Shown: in pieces, positions 57,036-64,000 of the stretch
Position numbering within the stretch: position 1 is the stretch's first letter
How the letters are laid out: every line of letters starts with the position of its first letter
IMG/VR virus record: IMGVR_UViG_3300025137_000014
Location: 32,001 to 96,000 of that record
DNA length: 64,000 nt
Strand: one strand, 5' to 3'
From: a virus
The notes under the pieces: generated by a model
Databases searched by the model: none
Told to the model about the DNA's origin: nothing
Seen by the model: the letters and a program-made list of their open reading frames with translations, nothing else
Program-made: the position numbers and the translations under genes

Positions 57036-57785
57036 ATGGCTAAAAACATAAAAATTAGAAATAATGTAATCAAAGAAGTGCGTCTATTATTGGGCGACGG
57101 AATGATTGATATAGAATTAGATCCGGATCATTATGATTTAGCGGTAGATGTTGCTCTATCAAAGATAAGACAAAGGTCTGAAAACGCAGTAGAAGAAGAT
57201 TTCTATTCAATAGAATTAAAAAAAGATGTAGATGAATATACTCTTCCAGCAGAGATTACAGAAGTCAAACAAGTTTGGCATCGTTCATTTGGGCATGGTA
57301 TCTCAGGCGGCGTTGACATGGATCCATTTGAATTAGCTTATGCTAACTCATATTTTTTCTTAAACAACCACATTGGTGGTATCGCAACTTTTGATGCATT
57401 TGCACAATATCGTGAGGCATTAAACAGGGTAGCGGCAACTGATATCCAATTCATTTGGAATCCAAGTACAAAAAAATTAAAACTACTACGAAGAATGAGA
57501 GCCGATGAAATGGTTCTAATTCATGTTCATTTAGAACGACCAGAAGAACAACTACTTGATGACCCATATCTTAAATCATGGATGAGAGATTACACTTTAG
57601 CATATTGTAAAAAGATGCTAGGTGAAGCAAGAAGTAAATTCTCATCATTACCTGGCGCTCAAGGCGGAGTATCATTGAATGGTGCAGAAATGAAAAACGA
57701 AGCAGATGTTTTAATTGACAAGTTGGAAAGTGAACTAACAACGTATGTTGATGGCTCTGCTCCGCTTGGATTTGTAATTGGATAA
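57036..57785 (+). CDS. gp13: Neck (adaptor) protein, gp13-like
   Basis: LGDGMIDIELD, WMRDYTLA..K.MLGEARSKF..LPG.QGGVSLNG. Confidence 0.85.
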   Translation: MAKNIKIRNNVIKEVRLLLGDGMIDIELDPDHYDLAVDVALSKIRQRSENAVEEDFYSIELKKDVDEYTLPAEITEVKQVWHRSFGHGISGGVDMDPFELAYANSYFFLNNHIGGIATFDAFAQYREALNRVAATDIQFIWNPSTKKLKLLRRMRADEMVLIHVHLERPEEQLLDDPYLKSWMRDYTLAYCKKMLGEARSKFSSLPGAQGGVSLNGAEMKNEADVLIDKLESELTTYVDGSAPLGFVIG

Positions 57786-58902
57786 CTTACCCAATACTGC
57801 TTGTTCATTATTATGGTCTCATGCTAGACTTAAAGTAGACGGTACTGTATTGCCTTGTTGTTTTGTAGAAGAAAACAATATTCCAAATTTACACGAAGCC
57901 CCAAAATTATCAAATGGATTGAACAACGCATTCAATTCTAAATTCTTTGACGATATAAGAAACGAAATGTTGAAAGGTAAAAAACTTTCAATGTGTGATA
58001 AATGTTGGAAGGCAGAAGATAATGGGATTGAATCATTTAGACAACAATATAATCATTACAATAAATTCATAGGACAAGAACCAAAGATAAGATATATTGA
58101 AACTGCTTTATCCACACATTGTAATTTATCATGTAGAATGTGCAATGATACATTTAGTAGTAAATGGAAATTAATAAAAAATCCTGGAATGTCAGTTGAT
58201 GTTTCAGTTGATTCATTTGATTTAGAATACTATGATGCTGATTTATCTAAATTAGATTTTGTTAAGTTTGTAGGTGGTGAGCCACTGATAGATAAGAAAC
58301 ATGCAAATTTTTTAAATCAAATTATAAACAAATCAGACAATCCAAATAACGTAAAACTATTTTATAATACTAACGGTACAATAATACCAAAGCAAGAAAT
58401 ATTTGATGCATGGTCTAAATTAAAAGAAGTAGAAGTTGTCTTTAGTATTGATGCTATAGGCGAAGCAAACGAGATACTAAGACCCCCACACTCATGGGAT
58501 ACTGTTCAGAGCGCCATAAATCACTTTACAGAGCATAAATCAGATAATATGAAGTTGGGTATGCATACTGTGATAAACGTCTTTAACATACACCTATTAA
58601 AGGATATAGTAGAGTTTTCATACGGTTCTTTTGGGAAGATGCCTTATTTTGATATATTAGATTATCCAGAACATATGTCTTTAAAAAATTTAGAAAGTAG
58701 TTTAAAGATTAAACTAATTAACGTACTAAAACATGCATTCGAAGGACAAGAAGAATTACAATTTTTACTAGAATTTATAAGTCAACCAACAACTCACTCA
58801 TACACTCTTGACCAGATTATATCTAAAGAAAAAGAAAACGACAATAAGGTAAATACAATGATAGAAAAATTAGGAACAAGAGAAATATGGAATTCTTTTT
58901 AA
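57778..58902 (+). CDS. Radical SAM protein with N-terminal twitch/SPASM-like Cys cluster
   Basis: CNLSCRMC (CxxxCxxC), GGEPL, N-terminal CSLLW...PCC...CDKCW; TTG start. Confidence 0.85.
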   Translation: MDNLPNTACSLLWSHARLKVDGTVLPCCFVEENNIPNLHEAPKLSNGLNNAFNSKFFDDIRNEMLKGKKLSMCDKCWKAEDNGIESFRQQYNHYNKFIGQEPKIRYIETALSTHCNLSCRMCNDTFSSKWKLIKNPGMSVDVSVDSFDLEYYDADLSKLDFVKFVGGEPLIDKKHANFLNQIINKSDNPNNVKLFYNTNGTIIPKQEIFDAWSKLKEVEVVFSIDAIGEANEILRPPHSWDTVQSAINHFTEHKSDNMKLGMHTVINVFNIHLLKDIVEFSYGSFGKMPYFDILDYPEHMSLKNLESSLKIKLINVLKHAFEGQEELQFLLEFISQPTTHSYTLDQIISKEKENDNKVNTMIEKLGTREIWNSF

Positions 58903-59210
58903 AAGCATTAATATCAGGAATAGTAATAGCAACAGTCAGTATGATGGCACAGCGAAGTATAACTTTAGCGGCATTACTGATGGGTATACCTTTCACTGCC
59001 TTTATTGCAATGATTTTTATGTGGTACTCAGGCATTGAGGCCGAAGCGTTTTCGAAGTTTAGTTTCGAAACTATATATTTTGTCTTGACAAGTCTCGTTT
59101 TTTTTGTTATATTTGGGTTACTAGTTACAAAGATAGGATTTTGGTTTAGTGTTATAGCCGGTTTATCTGTAACGATAATACTGTATAACATTATTTTGAG
59201 GATTATATGA
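58887..59210 (+). CDS. Small integral membrane protein
   Basis: 107 aa with about four hydrophobic segments. Confidence 0.7.
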   Translation: MEFFLKALISGIVIATVSMMAQRSITLAALLMGIPFTAFIAMIFMWYSGIEAEAFSKFSFETIYFVLTSLVFFVIFGLLVTKIGFWFSVIAGLSVTIILYNIILRII

Positions 59211-59833
59211 AAAAAATTATAGGTATCTGTGGGCTAATAGGTCATGGAAAAGACACAGTTGCAGGTCACTTAATTGAAAACGGCTTTCAACGAATAAGTT
59301 TTGCAGGAGTTCTAAAAGATGCATGTGCAAATATATTCGGATGGGATAGAATACTACTAGAAGGTAACACACCAGAGAGTAGAGTATTCAGAGAACAAGT
59401 TGATGAATGGTGGGCAAAGAGATTAGGTATTCCTAACTTCACACCAAGATGGGCTTTGCAACATGTAGGCACAGATGTATTCAGAACACATTTTCACCCA
59501 GACATATGGGTAGCGGCTTGTGAAAGACAAGTAGAATTAACAGACAAAAACGTAGTCATTTCTGATTGTAGATTTTTTAATGAATTAGATGTTATTAAAA
59601 GATTAGGTGGTAAGACTACTGTAGTATGGCGAAAAGAAAAGCCTGAATGGTGGCAGAATGCTTGTACATCAAATAAGACTAAATCAGAGAATATGCTTGA
59701 TCCCATGAAACGATATCCTGACGTGCATAAAAGTGAGTATAGTTGGGCAGGATGGGACTTTGACGTAGAGTTTGATAACACAAAAGACTTGGAACATCTA
59801 TATATCCAAGTTGCGGACGCATTGTCTACGTAG
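59207..59833 (+). CDS. Deoxynucleoside monophosphate kinase (T4 gp1-like)
   Basis: GICGLIGHGKDT, SFAGVLKD, PRWALQHVGTD, VVISDCRF.NE. Confidence 0.9.
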   Translation: MKKIIGICGLIGHGKDTVAGHLIENGFQRISFAGVLKDACANIFGWDRILLEGNTPESRVFREQVDEWWAKRLGIPNFTPRWALQHVGTDVFRTHFHPDIWVAACERQVELTDKNVVISDCRFFNELDVIKRLGGKTTVVWRKEKPEWWQNACTSNKTKSENMLDPMKRYPDVHKSEYSWAGWDFDVEFDNTKDLEHLYIQVADALST

Positions 59834-59932
59834 TTAATTCAAAAACAGCCACTTTTTTGCATTTTTCGATAAATAGTTGTAGCAATAAAGAATTTTGCTA
59901 TAACGCAATTTAAATAATTAAGGAGAGACAGA

Positions 59933-62620
59933 ATGCCTACATTAGTATCACCGGGCGTGTCAGTTGTTGTTAGTGATGAGTCGCAATATGCGGCCGCTAC
60001 ACAAGGTACACTTCCATTACTAGTTGTTGCTACGGCAACAAATAAAACAGACGCATCTGGTTCAGCAATCGCATCTGGAACACTCGAGGCTAACGCCGGT
60101 GTTGCATATCTTGTTTCTTCACAACGAGAATTAGTTGAGACTTTTGGCGAACCTGTGTTCTACGAAGTTGGCGGATCGGTTGTGCAAGGAGCAGAGACAA
60201 GTGAATATGGCCTATTAGCGGCGTATCAATATCTAGGAGTTTCAAATAACGCCTACGTTGTACGTGCTAACGTGGATATGTCACAATTAGAAGCGACTTC
60301 AACAGAACCATCAGGTGCAATTACAGACGGAACACATTGGCACGATGTATCATCATCAAAATTTGGACTATTCAAATACGATGTTACATCAACAGACTGG
60401 GTCGCAGTAACACCCAAAGTGTTAACAGACGCACCAGGAACAGGCAATGTTGAGACACTAAACGCAGACGGCTTTGCATCACCAAAGAACACATACGGTT
60501 CAGGCGGAGATTTTGCAGTCGTAACTTCAACAACAAAGATTACTTACTGGGAAAAAGTAGGTGTTAACTGGGTTGTTGTAGGCGATACAGGATCATCAGA
60601 CTTTCAATGGGCAAGATTTGCACCATCGAAAAAATCAGATGGAACAACAAATTTAGCAGGTGGCGAAATTTACGGTAGACTTACAACACAAGGCGGTGGT
60701 ATAGATTTATCAGCGGCTGTGTATAACTCAACATCAGGACTATGGGTATCAGTACAATCACCAATGTACAACACAGATGACCTAGCAGGTGTTTCATTAA
60801 TCGATGAAGGCGATATCTATGCACGTTATAATGCAACTAAAGGTTTCGTAGAGTTACGTAGACATACAGGTAAAGTAGCTACATCAATTACATCAGGATC
60901 AATCCCTGATACTTCAAGTGTCACTGCCGACTTTTTAGTTGAAGGTGTACAATTTAATGTTACTGCGGTAACACTAGATGCACTTGTAGTACAAATGCAA
61001 ATGAATCAGGCTTTAAATACAGCTAATGTTTCAGTTGAAAAAATCGGCGCTGATAAAGTCAGATGGACTAAATCAGACGGTTTAGAACTAAACATTGTAT
61101 TTACTTCTGGTTTTGTTGCAATGGGATTTGCGGCTTCAAACAATGTTGACAGTGTTTGGTCTGATTTATCATACGAAGCATCATCAACTACACCAAAAGG
61201 TGCAGTTACAGAAGGTGCTCTATGGTTTGATGCAGATTTAAAAATCGAAATACTTAGAAATGCTTACGTAGGTGGTGTCCAACAGTGGCAGAAACATGCG
61301 TGGTCAGAAGACAATGAAGGTCTATTAGGTAATGAATTACAACTACGTTCAGGTATGCCAACAAAACGTAAAGACGGTACAACTGCTCTTTATACTGGTG
61401 ATATCTGGGTTGATAGTGATGCTATGCCTTATCCATACATCTATCGTTGGGATGGTGGAAAATGGGTTAAGCTAGACAATGCTGACCAATCATCAGAGAA
61501 CGGAGTTATCTTCTCACACTATTCAGATGAAGCACCATTTGATGCAGACGGAAATCAAACTTCTCGTACAGTACATTCAAGAGTATCTAATCCAGAATTA
61601 GCACCAGAAAATATGGTAATGGTTAACATGGATTATTCTACTTATAACGTTAAAAGATATACTAACGGTAAGTGGGAGTGGGCATCTGGTTCTAACTTAG
61701 ATGGCTCAGGTAAATTTGGTAAAGATGCACAACGTCACATGGTTGTAGAAGCTATGCAGGCTTCACTTTCAAGCAATGACGGTATTCGTTCAGAGTCCGT
61801 TTACTTTAACTTGATAGCATCACCTGGTTATCCAGAACTAATGGATGAAATGATTGCTCTAAACAAAGATAAGAAAGAAGTTGCTTTCGTTATTGGTGAT
61901 ACACCAATGGACTTGAAATCAGATTCAACATCTTTGAAAAATTGGGCAACAGATAATGTTCCGGCAGAAGCATACGCCGGCGTTTATTACCCACATGGTC
62001 TTTCAACAGACTTATCAGGTAATGACGTTGTTATTCCATCATCAGCAATCGCATTACGTACTATTGCATTCTCAGACCAAGTATCATTCCCATGGTTCGC
62101 ACCAGCAGGCTTGACACGTGGTGTTGTTACAAATGCAAGTAAAGTAGGTTATGTAACTTCTGAAAACGAATTTGCACAAGTTCGTTTAAGTAATGGACAA
62201 CGTGACGCATTATACACTTCACGTGTTAATCCAATCGCAGACCTTCCAAATCAAGGTCTAGTAGTTTATGGTCAAAAAACAACACAGGCATTTGCATCAG
62301 CACTTGACCGTATTAATGTTGCGAGACTTGTAAACTATATGCGTTTCAATTTGGATCAATTATCTCGTGGTTTCTTATTCGAACAGAATGATAAAATCAC
62401 ACGTGATAATATGCGTGATGCAGTAGAACGTTTCTGTGGTGAACTAGTAACTAACAGAGGTCTATTTGACTTCTTAGTTGTTTGTGATGAATCAAACAAT
62501 ACTCCGGCTCGTATCGATAGAAATGAGTTATGGGTAGATGTTGCAATTCAACCAGTGAAAGCAGTAGAGTTTATCTACATTCCACTACGTATTAGAAATA
62601 CAGGCGAATCTCTAGCGTAA
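59933..62620 (+). CDS. gp18: Tail sheath protein
   Basis: LVSPGVSV, PWFAPAGLTRG, SALDRINVARL, DNMR..VERF, QPVKAVEFIYIP; GATAAATA at 59868. Confidence 0.95.
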   Translation: MPTLVSPGVSVVVSDESQYAAATQGTLPLLVVATATNKTDASGSAIASGTLEANAGVAYLVSSQRELVETFGEPVFYEVGGSVVQGAETSEYGLLAAYQYLGVSNNAYVVRANVDMSQLEATSTEPSGAITDGTHWHDVSSSKFGLFKYDVTSTDWVAVTPKVLTDAPGTGNVETLNADGFASPKNTYGSGGDFAVVTSTTKITYWEKVGVNWVVVGDTGSSDFQWARFAPSKKSDGTTNLAGGEIYGRLTTQGGGIDLSAAVYNSTSGLWVSVQSPMYNTDDLAGVSLIDEGDIYARYNATKGFVELRRHTGKVATSITSGSIPDTSSVTADFLVEGVQFNVTAVTLDALVVQMQMNQALNTANVSVEKIGADKVRWTKSDGLELNIVFTSGFVAMGFAASNNVDSVWSDLSYEASSTTPKGAVTEGALWFDADLKIEILRNAYVGGVQQWQKHAWSEDNEGLLGNELQLRSGMPTKRKDGTTALYTGDIWVDSDAMPYPYIYRWDGGKWVKLDNADQSSENGVIFSHYSDEAPFDADGNQTSRTVHSRVSNPELAPENMVMVNMDYSTYNVKRYTNGKWEWASGSNLDGSGKFGKDAQRHMVVEAMQASLSSNDGIRSESVYFNLIASPGYPELMDEMIALNKDKKEVAFVIGDTPMDLKSDSTSLKNWATDNVPAEAYAGVYYPHGLSTDLSGNDVVIPSSAIALRTIAFSDQVSFPWFAPAGLTRGVVTNASKVGYVTSENEFAQVRLSNGQRDALYTSRVNPIADLPNQGLVVYGQKTTQAFASALDRINVARLVNYMRFNLDQLSRGFLFEQNDKITRDNMRDAVERFCGELVTNRGLFDFLVVCDESNNTPARIDRNELWVDVAIQPVKAVEFIYIPLRIRNTGESLA

Positions 62621-62646
62621 GCTGAGATAAAACCAATAAAAATCTT

Positions 62647-62677
62647 AAAAACCCGGCTTTATTGTCGGGTTTTTATT
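62647..62677 (+). terminator. Rho-independent terminator
   Basis: AAAAACCCGGC-TTTATT-GTCGGGTTTTT. Confidence 0.8.
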
Positions 62678-62758
62678 AACTACAACTTTAATTATATTCA
62701 TATTAGATAAATACTCTTATATAAAGTAAAGTTTCGAAACTTTTTAGGAGACAAAAAC

Positions 62759-63358
62759 ATGGCAAGAACATTAAATACTTTTGGTGTACCTACAGACAGT
62801 GGCGATGGCGTAACTGGCTCTGGTATACTACAGCCTAAATTAAACTATCGTTTCCGTGTTCAAGTAGCAGGGTTCGGTGGTGTAGCTACAAACACTACTG
62901 AATTCACAAGACAAGTTATGAACGTAACTCGTCCAAAGATTACACACGAATCAATTCCTGTAGATTCATATAACTCTCGTATGTATATGATGGGTAAACA
63001 CACATGGGAACCTATCACAATTACTCTACGTGATGATATAGCAAATAATTTAACTAAACTAGTAGGCAGACAAGTACAATCGCAGTTGAACCACAGAAAT
63101 CAAGCTGGTCCGGCGGCAGGTACTAACTACAAGTTTTCTACATTAATTGAAATACTTGACGGTAACTCAGGCAATCCAAATGAACAATGGCAACTAGAAG
63201 GTTGTTTTGTTCAGAATGCAGATTATTCTCAGTCAGATTACTCAGTTTCAGATCCAGTAACTATCGCACTTACATTACAGTACGATAACGCTGTATTCAC
63301 TGATACTGAAATTATGCCTGATATAACATTTACAAATAATTCAAGCATTCTCGGTTAA
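62759..63358 (+). CDS. gp19: Tail tube protein
   Basis: QPKLNYRFRV, GKHTWEPITITLRDD, EQWQLEGCF, LTLQYDNA; follows sheath; GATAAATA at 62706. Confidence 0.88.
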   Translation: MARTLNTFGVPTDSGDGVTGSGILQPKLNYRFRVQVAGFGGVATNTTEFTRQVMNVTRPKITHESIPVDSYNSRMYMMGKHTWEPITITLRDDIANNLTKLVGRQVQSQLNHRNQAGPAAGTNYKFSTLIEILDGNSGNPNEQWQLEGCFVQNADYSQSDYSVSDPVTIALTLQYDNAVFTDTEIMPDITFTNNSSILG

Positions 63359-63374
63359 TCTTAGGTAGGCTATT

Positions 63375-64000
63375 ATGGCTACACAGAGACAAGGCGGTTT
63401 TAACTTAACTGGCAATAGGGTTATACAGGATAGCACTAATGCTAGAAAAAGATTTGGGTTCGACGGTGTCGGACCCATTACTACAGCTCCAAAATTTGGA
63501 GATATGTGGTATGTGGAATTCCACACAGTAAATAAAGGCGCTCTAGGTCAATCACTCCCAAACAACAGATTCGTTAAAGCAGTAGGTGGCGTAAGTATTG
63601 CAACATCTACAGTACCAATCGATAGATATGGTAAACGAGTACATATTCCTACACGTGTAGATTTTGGTGAAGTGTCAATTAGTATGTATGATACTATTAA
63701 TGGTGATACTTTTCAATTAATGAATAGTATCTATAACAGATTTTTTAATAACGGTAGTATACCAACCGATACAGCAAATATAGAAAAAAGTATTGCTGAT
63801 ATAAATCAAGGTAGAAAATTCCCAACATCAGGTAAAGCATTTCATCAGAATTTTGAAAAGGTTGTGATATTTCACTTCTTTGGTAACCTAGATGGTTCAC
63901 CAAGTTCATCAGATTTTACTGGAACAGTGCATGACCAAGTTGGCACAGGAAAAATTCAAAAAATTACATTAGTTAACCCTTTAGTTACTTCTATTAATTT
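63375..64000 (+). CDS. Second tube-like protein (partial, runs off right edge, not in ORF track)
   Basis: ATG 63375 (MATQRQGGFNL...APKFGDMWYVEF...RVDFGEVSISMYD); tube-fold-like pattern. Confidence 0.6.
   Translation, partial: MATQRQGGFNLTGNRVIQDSTNARKRFGFDGVGPITTAPKFGDMWYVEFHTVNKGALGQSLPNNRFVKAVGGVSIATSTVPIDRYGKRVHIPTRVDFGEVSISMYDTINGDTFQLMNSIYNRFFNNGSIPTDTANIEKSIADINQGRKFPTSGKAFHQNFEKVVIFHFFGNLDGSPSSSDFTGTVHDQVGTGKIQKITLVNPLVTSIN

Noticed and set aside
62675-62692. CtrA box (TTAA-N7-TTAA)
   Set aside because: Spacing here is N8, and other TTAA pairs checked (N3-N5, N10) do not fit; expected by chance in AT-rich DNA.
1-64000. Alternative genetic code, inteins, tRNAs
   Set aside because: Long genes are intact under the standard code; no intein splice motifs or tRNA cloverleaves were recognised by eye.

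Overview
AT-rich 64 kb segment of a large T4-like (jumbo) myovirus genome, most likely environmental, containing most of the virion morphogenesis module. Baseplate genes: gp25, gp6-like, a 2944-aa wedge protein, gp5, a gp27-like hub protein, gp53, gp48/54-like, gp26/gp51-like and a probable tape measure. Head genes: portal gp20, protease gp21, scaffold gp22 and MCP gp23. Also present: three fibre proteins, neck genes gp13/14/15, sheath gp18 and two tube-like genes. The T4-like gp55-gp47-gp46 block is here, with interspersed accessory enzymes (ClpP, polysaccharide-lyase-like, SGNH, SDR, NUDIX, 2OG-Fe(II) oxygenase, radical SAM, dNMP kinase). No CRISPR array, tRNA or transposon was recognised. 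The most interesting signals are non-coding. (1) A minus-strand unit at 34.3-36.7 kb: a consensus sigma70 promoter precedes a gp26-like chaperone ending in a textbook -1 frameshift cassette that fuses it to an unannotated gp51-like ORF; this is followed by an unexplained ~470-nt highly structured RNA, a palindromic 27-bp tandem repeat and a Holliday-junction resolvase. (2) A promoter- and terminator-bounded small RNA displaying anti-Shine-Dalgarno sequences. (3) A 14-bp pseudo-palindrome specific to the three baseplate operon promoters. (4) Repeated early promoters with a GANTC/GcrA-type motif in the spacer. All homology calls are by motif recognition, not database search.
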